A stretch of 57,197 bases of DNA from Alphaproteobacteria bacterium (GTDB lineage Bacteria; Pseudomonadota; Alphaproteobacteria; UBA7887): positions 1 to 57,197 of the forward strand of contig JAKZSU010000050.1 in NCBI GenBank assembly GCA_047517485.1, in the 5' to 3' direction. The translations under genes and the position numbers were made by a program. Of this stretch, positions 9,063-19,068 are shown one piece after another. Within the stretch, counting starts at the first letter, position 1. Each line of letters opens with the position of its first letter. Below the pieces are notes generated by a model. The model made no database searches and was not told where the DNA came from. It worked only from the letters and a program-made list of their open reading frames with translations.

Positions 9063-9158
9063 ATGAAGAATCCACTCGAATCGCTTCCCATGACCGTGCT
9101 CATGGGATTGGCCGTTACGGTGGTCATGATTCTTCTGGTCTCGGCAATCGGCGGCTGA
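9063..9158 (+). CDS. 31-aa single-TM small protein (MKNPLESLPMTVLMGLAVTVVMILLVSAIGG), absent from the ORF track
   Basis: GAGGAG RBS upstream of ATG 9063; one hydrophobic helix; directly precedes the PuuD-N gene, which has its own RBS. Confidence 0.6.
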   Translation: MKNPLESLPMTVLMGLAVTVVMILLVSAIGG

Positions 9159-9187
9159 CGCCAGGTTAGCCCGAGAGGAGGGGAACT

Positions 9188-9694
9188 ATGGAACTCGATT
9201 ATCAATATTGGGCATTTTTCGTACGCTGGCTGCATGTCATCAGCGGCGTCATGTGGATCGGCCTACTGTGGTACTTGAATTTCGTCCAAGTGCCGACGAT
9301 GCCGAAAATTCCGGACGATCTTAAACCGGCGATAAGCAAACATATTGCGCCCGAGGTGCTGTTCTGGTTTCGCTGGTCGGCGATGGCCACGGTGATCACC
9401 GGACTCGTTCTGGCGTGGATCAACGGTTATCTCTTGCATGCCTTGGGGCTTGGCCTCGCCGACGACGTGATCAAGCACACGGCGATCGGCTTCGGCATGT
9501 GGATGGGACTGATCATGGCCTTCAACGTGTGGGTGATCATCTGGCCCAACCAGCAAATCGTGCTCGGACTGGTCGAGGCGGAAGCCGACGCCAAACCGCC
9601 AGCGGCGCGTAAAGCGCTGCTCGCCTCACGCACCAACACGATGCTGTCGATCCCGATGCTGTACGCGATGGTATCGGCACAGAATCTCTATTAA
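9188..9694 (+). CDS. Urate hydroxylase PuuD N-terminal-domain family membrane protein (no cytochrome c domain)
   Basis: RWLHVISGVMWIGLLWYLNFVQ, LFWFRWSA and LASRTNTMLSIPML motifs; about four TM helices; strong GAGGAGG RBS. Confidence 0.75.
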   Translation: MELDYQYWAFFVRWLHVISGVMWIGLLWYLNFVQVPTMPKIPDDLKPAISKHIAPEVLFWFRWSAMATVITGLVLAWINGYLLHALGLGLADDVIKHTAIGFGMWMGLIMAFNVWVIIWPNQQIVLGLVEAEADAKPPAARKALLASRTNTMLSIPMLYAMVSAQNLY

Positions 9695-9712
9695 CCGACG
9701 AGACACGTGATT

Positions 9713-9754
9713 AAAGAGCCGGCTCGGGGGATCACCCTCCGGGCCGGTTTCTTT
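9713..9754. terminator. Probable bidirectional terminator between convergent genes
   Basis: AAAGAGCCGGCTCGG...CCGGGCCGGTTTCTTT inverted repeat with A and T tails. Confidence 0.65.
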
Positions 9755-10169
9755 ATCGACTTCTCTTTTCCGGATCGAAGTTTTCGCAGATCGGCTCGAT
9801 GACCGCCACCGCCTCGTCGTCGATACAGCGGTAGTGGATCTCGCAGCGAATCGTGATCAGATCCTGGTGACCGGTCTCGATCGCGGTGCCATCGACCGAA
9901 CACGCCTCGGCGGTTTCCTCGACGACGATGCCCCAGACTTCTTCACGCAGGGCGACGCCGGGCTCGACCCGGGCGGTTCGCAAGACACGCATCGCCGATT
10001 TCCAAGACTTGGCACAGCCGGCGGGGGGATCGAGTTCGGCATGGGCGCGTACGACGTCGCCGAGCAACGGCGCGGCGTCGCGAATGACGTCGCAACTCTG
10101 TCCGGCGCCGGCGGCACCCGCGAACAAGACCATCGCAGCTAGGCACGCGGCAAGCCGTCGTCCCATCAA
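9753..10169 (-). CDS. Exported Cys-rich hypothetical protein
   Basis: Signal peptide (RRLAACLAAMVLFAGAAGA); six Cys in the mature part. Confidence 0.6.
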   Translation of the reverse strand: MMGRRLAACLAAMVLFAGAAGAGQSCDVIRDAAPLLGDVVRAHAELDPPAGCAKSWKSAMRVLRTARVEPGVALREEVWGIVVEETAEACSVDGTAIETGHQDLITIRCEIHYRCIDDEAVAVIEPICENFDPEKRSR

Positions 10170-10351
10170 ATCCTCCAGGAGAAAATCTCAGAATGCATCG
10201 GCGCGCACTCTAAAGTCCTTCCGAGTCGATTGAAATCGGTTTGAGCGCGATCACGCGCGGTCACGATTGACGGCGTGGCGCAGCGGACGCTTGCAGGCGA
10301 CGGCCGCGACCGCCACAGTTCTCGGTATCGTTACCGAGTACGGGTATCGCA

Positions 10352-11335
<984 letters not shown>

Positions 11336-11363
11336 GGCGTCGCGATTTTCGAAGGGGTCCCCC

Positions 11364-11750
11364 TCACTCGTCATCATAGCGTGCGATTTCCACCAGGTTT
11401 TCGTCGGGGTCGCGGAAATAGACCGAGGTCATCGCGCCGCGGGCGCCGGTCTGCGGCATGGGGCCGAGTTCGATTTCGACGAGGAACTCGCCCAGGGTCG
11501 CCAGCACGTCGTCGATTGGCGTGTCGGTGACGAAGCAGACATCCGCCGTCCCCGGGCCCGCGGCGCGCGCGTTGGGGGTGATTTCGTTGCCGGCTTGGTG
11601 CAGATTGATCTTCTGATTGCCGAAGGTGAGCGCGCGACGATCGTCGCCGAAGGTCGCGATCTCCATGCCGAGAATGCGGCGATAGAAGTCGCACGTCCGC
11701 TCCATATCGCGGACGGTGAAGACGATATGGTCGAGCCCGGTGATGTTCAT
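11364..11750 (-). CDS. VOC/glyoxalase family protein
   Basis: GLDHIVFTVRD, QKINLHQ, GTADVCF and SVYFRDPDENLVEI motifs. Confidence 0.88.
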   Translation of the reverse strand: MNITGLDHIVFTVRDMERTCDFYRRILGMEIATFGDDRRALTFGNQKINLHQAGNEITPNARAAGPGTADVCFVTDTPIDDVLATLGEFLVEIELGPMPQTGARGAMTSVYFRDPDENLVEIARYDDE

Positions 11751-11810
11751 TGCGACGTCGCTCCCCTATGAGTGCCGCTATCAATGGCGCTTTTGCGCTA
11801 AACTTCCAAG

Positions 11811-12560
11811 ATGTTCGAGCTGTTAAACGTTCGCCGCGGGTTTGACGGCACCGCTTTGTTCGACGCGTTCGACCTGAGCATCGAGAGCGGGCGGACCACG
11901 GTGCTGATCGGGCCGTCGGGCTGCGGCAAGTCGACGCTTCTCCGCCTGCTGCTCGGCCTGCTCCGGCCCGAGGCGGGCACCGTCAGTTTTTCCGGCGCGG
12001 TGTTGACGCCGGAGACGATCCTGAGCGCGCGGCGGCGGATGGGTTATGTGATTCAGGGCGGCGGGCTATTTCCCCATCTGACCGCGCGCGAGAATGTGAC
12101 GGTGATGGCGCGTCATTTGGGCCAAACCACCGGCGCGATCGCCGCGCGGGTCGACGAGTTGGTGGCGCTGACGCAATTTCCCGCCGACGCGCTCGACCGC
12201 TATCCGCTGCAGATCTCCGGCGGCCAACGCCAGCGGGTGGCGGTGATGCGCGCGCTGATGCTCGATCCCGACGTCCTGCTGCTCGACGAGCCGTTCGGCG
12301 CGCTCGATCCGATGGTGCGCCACCGCCTGCAAACCGAGTTGCGCGAGATTTTTCGCGCTCTCGGCAAAACGGTGGTGATGGTCACCCACGACCTCGCCGA
12401 GGCGGGCACGTTCGCCGATCGCATCGTCCTGCTGCGCGACGGGCGGATCGTCCAAGCCGGCACCCTCGCCGACTTGAGCGAGCGCCCGGCCGAGCCCTTC
12501 GTCGCCGACTTCGTCGCGGCGCAAAAGAGCCTGGCCGAGGGATTGGCGGCGATGCCATGA
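11811..12560 (+). CDS. Osmoprotectant/betaine-type ABC transporter ATP-binding protein
   Basis: Walker A GPSGCGKST, signature ISGGQRQR, Walker B LLLDEPFGALD, H-loop VTHD. Confidence 0.9.
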   Translation: MFELLNVRRGFDGTALFDAFDLSIESGRTTVLIGPSGCGKSTLLRLLLGLLRPEAGTVSFSGAVLTPETILSARRRMGYVIQGGGLFPHLTARENVTVMARHLGQTTGAIAARVDELVALTQFPADALDRYPLQISGGQRQRVAVMRALMLDPDVLLLDEPFGALDPMVRHRLQTELREIFRALGKTVVMVTHDLAEAGTFADRIVLLRDGRIVQAGTLADLSERPAEPFVADFVAAQKSLAEGLAAMP

Positions 12561-14062
12561 GGATTGCCGGCGTAGCTTTGTCTTTATTGATGCTCGTCGC
12601 GCCAGCGACCGCAGAGTCCAGCGAAACCGTGACCGTGGGCTCGAAAGGCTTTACTGAATCGGTGGTGCTCGGCGAAATCCTCGGCCATCTCGCTAAACAA
12701 ACCGGCGCGACGGTCGCGCATCGCGCCGGGCTCGGCGGCACACGGGTGCTGTGGAGCGCGCTGCTCGCCGGCGAGATCGACCTCTATCCGGATTATACCG
12801 GCACCATCACCCACGAAATTTTAGCCAATGAAGGCGGCCCGGGCCTGGCCGACGAGGCGGCGATCAAATCAGCGCTCGCCGCGCACGGCGTCGGCATGAC
12901 GGCGTCGCTCGGGTTCAACAACACCTACGCGATGGGGATGCGCACGCAACGCGCGGCGGCGCTGGGGATCACGACTATCTCGGATTTGCGCGCCCATCCC
13001 GACCTGGCGTTCGGCTTTTCCAACGAGTTCATCGATCGCGGCGACGGCTGGCGGAGCCTGCGCGACCGCTATGGGCTGCCACAGACCGACGTCACCGGGC
13101 TCGACCACGACCTCGCCTATCGCGGGCTCGAGGCCGGCGATATCGACCTTATCGATTTGTACACGACCGATGCCGAGATCGCCTATTACGGGCTGGCGAC
13201 CCTGGCCGACGATCTCGGGCATTTTCCGATCTACAACGCGGTGATTCTCTATCGCTTAGACTTGGCGGAGCGCGCACCGGCGGTGGTTCGCGCCATCGCC
13301 CGGCTCGAAGGCCTGATCGACGAAACGGCGATGGCGGGGCTAAACGCGCGGGTCAAGATCGACGGCGAGAGCGAGACCGTCGTCGCCGCCGATTTCGTAT
13401 CCCAATCGCTGGGCGTGGTCGCCGAGACCCACGAACAAAGACTGATCGAGCGCTTGTGGCGGACCACCCTCGATCATCTGACCTTGGTGGCAATCTCGCT
13501 CGGCGCGGCGATCGTCGTCGCGCTGCCGCTCGGTATTCTCGCGGCACGGCGCGCCCGGCTCGGCCAGATCGTCTTGGGCGTCACCGCGGTAGTGCAGACC
13601 ATCCCGTCGCTGGCGCTGTTCGTGTTTATGATCCCGCTGCTCGGCATCGGCGGGCCGCCGGCGATCGCCGCGCTGTTCCTCTACAGCCTGCTGCCGATCG
13701 TCCGCAACACCCACGCCGGGCTGACCGGAATCGCCGCCGATATCATCGAGTCCGCCGACGCGGTGGGCCTCGATCGGGCCGCGCGGTTGCGCCTCATCGA
13801 GCTGCCGCTGGCCGCGCCGGCAATCCTCGCCGGGATCAAGACCGCGGCGGTGATCAATGTCGGCACCGCGACCCTGGGCGCGCTGATCGGCGCCGGGGGC
13901 TATGGACAGCCGATCCTCACCGGTATCCGCCTCGACGATGTCGGGCTGATCCTCGAAGGGGCGATCCCGGCGGCGTTGCTGGCGTTGGCGGTGCAGGGCC
14001 TGTTCGAACTCGTCGAACGCGGCATCGTTCCCGCCGGCTTGCGGGCGGGCGGTGAAAATTGA
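12557..14062 (+). CDS. Fused substrate-binding and permease subunit, glycine-betaine/osmoprotectant ABC family
   Basis: N-terminal OpuAC-like SBP (VGSKGFTES, GFNNTYA, DLYTTD) and C-terminal TM domain (QTIPSLAL, LPIVRNT, ATLGALIGAGGYG). Confidence 0.88.
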   Translation: MRIAGVALSLLMLVAPATAESSETVTVGSKGFTESVVLGEILGHLAKQTGATVAHRAGLGGTRVLWSALLAGEIDLYPDYTGTITHEILANEGGPGLADEAAIKSALAAHGVGMTASLGFNNTYAMGMRTQRAAALGITTISDLRAHPDLAFGFSNEFIDRGDGWRSLRDRYGLPQTDVTGLDHDLAYRGLEAGDIDLIDLYTTDAEIAYYGLATLADDLGHFPIYNAVILYRLDLAERAPAVVRAIARLEGLIDETAMAGLNARVKIDGESETVVAADFVSQSLGVVAETHEQRLIERLWRTTLDHLTLVAISLGAAIVVALPLGILAARRARLGQIVLGVTAVVQTIPSLALFVFMIPLLGIGGPPAIAALFLYSLLPIVRNTHAGLTGIAADIIESADAVGLDRAARLRLIELPLAAPAILAGIKTAAVINVGTATLGALIGAGGYGQPILTGIRLDDVGLILEGAIPAALLALAVQGLFELVERGIVPAGLRAGGEN

Positions 14063-14116
14063 CGTGGCCACCGATTTGACCATGATAGGCGCGGCAAATT
14101 TACGGAGAATGAGACG

Positions 14117-15115
14117 ATGACCGCGATTACCCGCCGCCGTGCGTTGGCGATCTTCGGTGCCGCCGCCGGCGTTGCCGCCATCCCGGTGCTGGCCGGCCGC
14201 GCGGCGCGCACCGCCCAGCTGCACGAATGGCAGGGCATCGCGCTCGGCGCCCCGGCGCGGATTAGCCTGGCGCACCCGGACGGCACGGAGGCGCAACGGC
14301 TGTTCGCGCTGTGCGCCGCCGAGATCGAGCGCCTGGAGGGCGAGTTCAGCCTGCACCGCGACGACAGCGCGTTGAGCATCCTAAACCGCGATGGCGTTCT
14401 CGATAATCCGAGCGCCGACATGGTGCGCTTGCTCAGCGAGACCGCGCGCTTCGCGGCGCTCACCGACGGCGCCTTCGACGTCACCGTGCAGCCGCTGTGG
14501 CGGCTCTACGCGGGGCATTTCTCGCAATTCCCTGGTGATCAAGCAGGTCCCGCCCAGGCCGACATCGACGCCGCGCGGGCGTTGGTCGACTATCGCCAAA
14601 TGACCATCGCCGCCGATCGTATCGGCTTCGCGACCCCGGGCATGGCGGTGACGCTCAACGGCATCGCCCAAGGCTATGTCACCGACCGCATCGCCGACAT
14701 CCTGCGCGCCAACGGCATCGTCAACGTCCTCGTCGATCTCGGCGAAACCATGGGCGTCGGCGAGCACCCGGACGCCCGCCCGTGGGCGATCGGCCTCACC
14801 GATCCGTTCAACCCGGCAACGTACGACACGGTGATCGAGCTCAGCGACCGCGCGGTCGCCACCTCGGGCGGCTACGGCACCCGCTTCAGCGCCGACGGCC
14901 GCCACCACCACCTGTTCGACCCGCGCCTCGGCGCCAGCGCCAACGCCCACGCCTCGGCCAGCGTGCTCGCGCCGAACGCGACGACGGCGGATGCGCTATC
15001 GACGGCGCTGTTCGTCGCGCCGACGGAAATGGCGGAACGCGTGGTGGCGGCGATGCCCGAAGTCGAGGTGTATCTGACGGCAACGGACGGGTCTAAGCGG
15101 CATATCGTGGGGTAA
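14117..15115 (+). CDS. apbE: FAD:protein FMN transferase (ApbE/NosX family), Tat-exported
   Basis: Twin-arginine RRRALAIFG; GAFDVTVQPLW, LNGIAQGY, AVATSGGYG, HHLFDP and ADALSTA motifs. Confidence 0.88.
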   Translation: MTAITRRRALAIFGAAAGVAAIPVLAGRAARTAQLHEWQGIALGAPARISLAHPDGTEAQRLFALCAAEIERLEGEFSLHRDDSALSILNRDGVLDNPSADMVRLLSETARFAALTDGAFDVTVQPLWRLYAGHFSQFPGDQAGPAQADIDAARALVDYRQMTIAADRIGFATPGMAVTLNGIAQGYVTDRIADILRANGIVNVLVDLGETMGVGEHPDARPWAIGLTDPFNPATYDTVIELSDRAVATSGGYGTRFSADGRHHHLFDPRLGASANAHASASVLAPNATTADALSTALFVAPTEMAERVVAAMPEVEVYLTATDGSKRHIVG

Positions 15116-15121
15116 ACCCAG

Positions 15122-15562
15122 TCAACCACCGCCCATGCGTAACCTCGCCGGCGTCCAGATTTTGCGTCGGCGTTGGCGTTTGGTGGCTTCGTTTTCACCG
15201 TCCAAATCGACCGGGCTTGGCTGGGGAAACCGGTCGCGGTCGTCCAGTACATTGACCATTACGTTGGCGTAGGCGGCGTCGCCGTCGTGCATGGTGGCGG
15301 AGACATAGACGCCGCATTTTCTGCACAGCAAAAATTCCGTCGCGCCGAGGCCGAAGCGGTAGCGTTCGAGTTGGTCTTGGTCGTGCACGGTGATCTCGAG
15401 GACGCCGGACGGGTCGGATACGGCGCGGGCGTCGTGCTTGCGGCAGAACGAGCATTGACACGCCCGCACCACCGCCTTTTCCGCCGCCACCGTCGTGCTG
15501 TAGTCGACTTCGAGGGCGCCGCAATGGCAGCCGCCGTGGAAGTGATGCATCGCGCCGGTCAA
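15122..15562 (-). CDS. GFA/CENP-V family Zn-binding protein
   Basis: GGCHCG, CQCSFCRK and LCRKCGV cysteine pattern. Confidence 0.85.
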   Translation of the reverse strand: MTGAMHHFHGGCHCGALEVDYSTTVAAEKAVVRACQCSFCRKHDARAVSDPSGVLEITVHDQDQLERYRFGLGATEFLLCRKCGVYVSATMHDGDAAYANVMVNVLDDRDRFPQPSPVDLDGENEATKRQRRRKIWTPARLRMGGG

Positions 15563-16113
15563 ACCCGCTCCGACAACCAGATTGCCAGTCTGGTTCCCGC
15601 CTTGATCGCGCCGGTGAGCACCGGGTAGGCCGGCGCGGCCTCGGCGCCTTGGACGAGCGCGGTGTCGCGGTGGGCGATTTCGTCTTGGCGGATCTCTTCG
15701 ATGGTGGCCTTGAGCTCGGCTTCGTCGTCACCGAGGGTCGCGGTTTGGCGCCGATAGTGGGCGTCGATGACCTCCTCGACCGCGACGGTACACGCCATCG
15801 CGGTTTTCGGCCCGGCGATCGCGGTGGCGGCGCCGAGGGCGAAGCCGGCGACATGCCAGAAGGGCGTCAGCGCGGTGGGACGGACGTGGCGTTCGACGAG
15901 CAAACGATCGAAAGTCTCCAGGTGGGCGCGTTCCTGCGCCGCCATTTCGCGGATGACCGCGCCGCTCTGCGTCGCGCCGAGGACCGCGAGTTGGCCATCG
16001 TAAATCCGCGCCGCGCCGTATTCGCCGGCGTGATCGACGCGGAGCGCGCGGGCGATCTTTTGTTCCTGGGTAAGATCGCCGGGCAAGCGGTTGTCGCCGG
16101 TGCGCTTGGTCAT
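15559..16113 (-). CDS. coq7: Demethoxyubiquinone hydroxylase (Coq7 di-iron family); start ATG 16113
   Basis: RVDHAGEYGAARIY, ERAH, RPTALTPFW, CTVAVEEVIDAHY and DEIAH di-iron ligands; ATGA overlap with dsbB. Confidence 0.9.
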   Translation of the reverse strand: MTKRTGDNRLPGDLTQEQKIARALRVDHAGEYGAARIYDGQLAVLGATQSGAVIREMAAQERAHLETFDRLLVERHVRPTALTPFWHVAGFALGAATAIAGPKTAMACTVAVEEVIDAHYRRQTATLGDDEAELKATIEEIRQDEIAHRDTALVQGAEAAPAYPVLTGAIKAGTRLAIWLSERV

Positions 16114-16643
16114 GCGCGCCGCCACCGGGTAATAGTCATCATCGAGGCCGCCGCCAGGGCAATCGCGAAAAGGCCGTTCCAGCCGGCCATCGAAATCCCC
16201 GCCATCGACCACGCGACCTCGTCGCAGCGCACCGCCGGCGCGTTGAGGATCGCCTCGTGCATCGCCTCGATACTCGAGGTGTCGATCGCATCGCCGACGC
16301 ACGAATCGGTGCCGGTCCACCAGCCCAATTCGACCCCGACGTGGAATCCGGCGATACCGGCATCGACGAGGAACGCCAGCGCGCACGCGGCGGCCAACAA
16401 CAGCGCCACTTTCGAAACCGGGCCGCCGTCGCGCGCGGCCACCACGCCGAGCAGTCCGAGGACGATCACCACCGCGTACGGGATGCGCTGATAAATGCAC
16501 AGCACGCAGGGATAAAGCTCGCCGGCATATTGGAAAGTGAAGGCGGCGCCGAGCATGGCGGCGCTCAAGCCCGCGGCGAGAAGAAAATAGCGCTGCGGCG
16601 TGAGCCCGGTCGGGGCAAGGTGATCGGCGTTCGAGACGGTCAT
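16110..16643 (-). CDS. dsbB: Disulfide bond formation protein B
   Basis: TM helices; PCVLCIYQR CxxC motif; FHVGVE, a second Cys pair (DSC...VRCDE) and GISMAGWN. Confidence 0.85.
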   Translation of the reverse strand: MTVSNADHLAPTGLTPQRYFLLAAGLSAAMLGAAFTFQYAGELYPCVLCIYQRIPYAVVIVLGLLGVVAARDGGPVSKVALLLAAACALAFLVDAGIAGFHVGVELGWWTGTDSCVGDAIDTSSIEAMHEAILNAPAVRCDEVAWSMAGISMAGWNGLFAIALAAASMMTITRWRRA

Positions 16644-16731
16644 GTTAGCGGCGTTTTACCACAGGACGCGGCGATTCCGTCAATTTCCGATGCCGGAAAT
16701 CACCCGCATTAAGCGCGTTTCCGCGGCTAAT

Positions 16732-16760
16732 TTTGCGAAACGCCATGCCAATCCCTATAT
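16732..16760 (+). promoter_or_regulatory. RpoH (sigma32)-type promoter upstream of the AAA operon
   Basis: TTTGCG-N16-CCTATAT, matching the alphaproteobacterial RpoH pattern CTTG(AA/CC)-N15/16-CCTAT(A/C)T. Confidence 0.6.
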
Positions 16761-16828
16761 ATTGGGCGCAAGCGTGGAGTCTCCGGTTGGAAACCACCCG
16801 ATCGGAGCGAAGTCCGAGGGGGTAACAC

Positions 16829-17914
16829 ATGAGTTCCATCGAGACATTCGAGCGGGAGATCGAGACCACCCAGCGCATGGTCGACGATATGCGCACCAAG
16901 ATCGACAGCGGCCGCCAGCTGATCGACACCATCGCCGAGAGCGAGAGCCTGACCGGCATGGATTTCGACATCGAGAACGCGCGCATCGAGGACGTTCTCG
17001 AACAGCAGCGCCTGATGGAATCCAACATCGCCGACCTGATCATCGGTCTGGAAGATGTCACCAACGCCTTCGGCGCCGAGTTCGACAGCATGCAGACCTA
17101 TAGTTTCTCGGAGAAACTGGTCGGCATATTTTCCAAGAAGAAGGCCCAATCGATGCGCAGCGACCGGGTGCGCACGACCTCGCTGGCGGGCAATTTGCAG
17201 GACTTGCTGGGCAAATCGAACACCATTGTCGGCATTCTCACCGACCAGCGCTCGGTGCTCGAATCGCGTTACGGCGCGTCCGAGGCGAGCTTGAAGAAAG
17301 TCATCGAGCGCCGGCAATCGATAACCGAGGAGATTCGCGCCACCCAAACACGTATCGAGGCGCTCAATCCGCGCCTGCTCGATGTCGAGAACCGTATCGC
17401 CGCCTCGACCGACCAGGCCGAGCGCGCGGCCCTCGAATCCGAGCGCTCCGAACTCGCGACCGAGTATAATCAGGCACAGGCCAAGGAGCAGGAACTGCTC
17501 GCCGCGTCGCAAACGCTGGAACGCTATACCTCGATGTTCCAGACTTTCGTCGACAGTCTGAACAACCAGATCGCGGCGCAGGAAACCCTGATCAACAAAC
17601 TCTCGATCGATACCGAGCAGCGCATCGTTTTGTACAAGGCGCTGGAGGATTCGCTGAAGACGTCGGCGCAACAGGATGTCGCGCACCAGATCAACACTAT
17701 CGGCAGCCGCGTCGATACCGCGGCGGAAGAGACCATGGCCGGGATCGGCGCGTCGGCGCAATCGCACATCGCCGATCTCTTGGAACTGCACGAACAGAGC
17801 ATGGTCGATACCAAGGAGATCCAGCGTCGCAAACGATTGGCCGACGACGCGTTTGCCCGACGCTTTGGCGAGGTGATGGAGAAGCACGAAGCTGCGCGCT
17901 ATCTCGCCAATTGA
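16829..17914 (+). CDS. Conserved coiled-coil protein, TelA/toxic-anion-resistance-like by eye
   Basis: All-helical heptad-rich sequence without TM; segment LINKL...RIVLYK...SLKTSAQQDVAH...VDTAAEE parallels the TelA core pattern (inference); GAGG RBS. Confidence 0.6.
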   Translation: MSSIETFEREIETTQRMVDDMRTKIDSGRQLIDTIAESESLTGMDFDIENARIEDVLEQQRLMESNIADLIIGLEDVTNAFGAEFDSMQTYSFSEKLVGIFSKKKAQSMRSDRVRTTSLAGNLQDLLGKSNTIVGILTDQRSVLESRYGASEASLKKVIERRQSITEEIRATQTRIEALNPRLLDVENRIAASTDQAERAALESERSELATEYNQAQAKEQELLAASQTLERYTSMFQTFVDSLNNQIAAQETLINKLSIDTEQRIVLYKALEDSLKTSAQQDVAHQINTIGSRVDTAAEETMAGIGASAQSHIADLLELHEQSMVDTKEIQRRKRLADDAFARRFGEVMEKHEAARYLAN

Positions 17915-17936
17915 TGCGCCGCGGGGAGTCGGGGGC

Positions 17937-19061
17937 ATGATCGACGCCTACATGCCGGCGATCCACGCGGCGTTTGCCGGCCTCGAAGGCGTCTATGCGC
18001 CGCAGGGGCCGTGGGCCAAACGCCACGACGTGATCCACAGCATTATCCGGCTTCATCTCGAACGCTTGCGCCACAGCTTCGCGGCGTGGGAAACACGCAT
18101 GCGGAGGGCCGCGGATTTCAAGATCGCCGCCACCGAATCGGGCTTTCCGATCTATCGCTTGGCGTTGCAGATCGCCGAGGACATGGCGCGCGCCGATGCG
18201 GTATTGGGAAATTTGCCGAGCCGCGAGACCATCGTCGAGGGCATGATCGACACCATGCTGGGGAAACAAAGTTTTCCCGCCGACGAGCAACGCGCGATGG
18301 CGGATCGGCTCTATTTCGAACTGTTGCGCCGGCGCCCGGCGTTTTCCGCGCATACCCCGCCGGTGACCATCCGCTATTCGCGCAACCCGCGTAGCAAGCG
18401 GCCGTATTACGTCGTGCATTGGTCGAGTTACGACGGCACCGCGCATCTGCCGATGATCTATATCGCGATTATCGAGGATTCGTCGGGCGACGTGAATCTG
18501 CCGCCGGCGCCGCCGCAACGAAAAATGGCCAAACGGTTCCGCCAGAGGCCGATCGACGGGCTGCCGAACGCGGAGTTGAGCAAGCCGTTCGCCGCATTCG
18601 CCGCCAGCCATGACGCCTATTCGCTGAACCTCACCTCGATCGCCACCGCGCTCGATCGCGACTTCGAATTTCTTCACCCCAAACAGATTCGCCGCGTCGT
18701 GCTGGGGCCGTTCTATCTCGGCGGGGTGACCAGCCATGGCCAGCGGGTGCAATCGATCCTCGATCACGCGCGCGACAAATCGCACGCCTGGCTGTTGACC
18801 TGGACGATGGAGGAGCTTCACTCGATGGAGGAGAAGCCGGCGCGCAGCGGCCTGTGGGGCGGCGCCCAGGCGGAAGAAATCTTCTACATCAACACCGACG
18901 ATGTCGACTGCGCGCGGCAAGGCGTGAGCGCGCAGGAGAAGCACGCGCTGGTGCCCCACGAGGCCTATCAGGCGGTGTTCGCCGAAGGCCGCGCGGAGGA
19001 CATATTCGCCGGCTACGACTGCCACATCCTGAGCGGCGATCAAGTCTTGCAACACGTATGA
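17937..19061 (+). CDS. Conserved hypothetical cytoplasmic protein
   Basis: 374-aa ORF with genome-like codon usage inside the operon; no motif recognised. Confidence 0.75.
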   Translation: MIDAYMPAIHAAFAGLEGVYAPQGPWAKRHDVIHSIIRLHLERLRHSFAAWETRMRRAADFKIAATESGFPIYRLALQIAEDMARADAVLGNLPSRETIVEGMIDTMLGKQSFPADEQRAMADRLYFELLRRRPAFSAHTPPVTIRYSRNPRSKRPYYVVHWSSYDGTAHLPMIYIAIIEDSSGDVNLPPAPPQRKMAKRFRQRPIDGLPNAELSKPFAAFAASHDAYSLNLTSIATALDRDFEFLHPKQIRRVVLGPFYLGGVTSHGQRVQSILDHARDKSHAWLLTWTMEELHSMEEKPARSGLWGGAQAEEIFYINTDDVDCARQGVSAQEKHALVPHEAYQAVFAEGRAEDIFAGYDCHILSGDQVLQHV

Positions 19062-19068
19062 GGACGCC

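Noticed and set aside
15122-15562. GFA gene as the formaldehyde-activating partner of XoxF
   Set aside because: It is a short generic GFA/CENP-V domain, 11 kb away, co-transcribed with dsbB-coq7 and without frmA/fghA neighbours.
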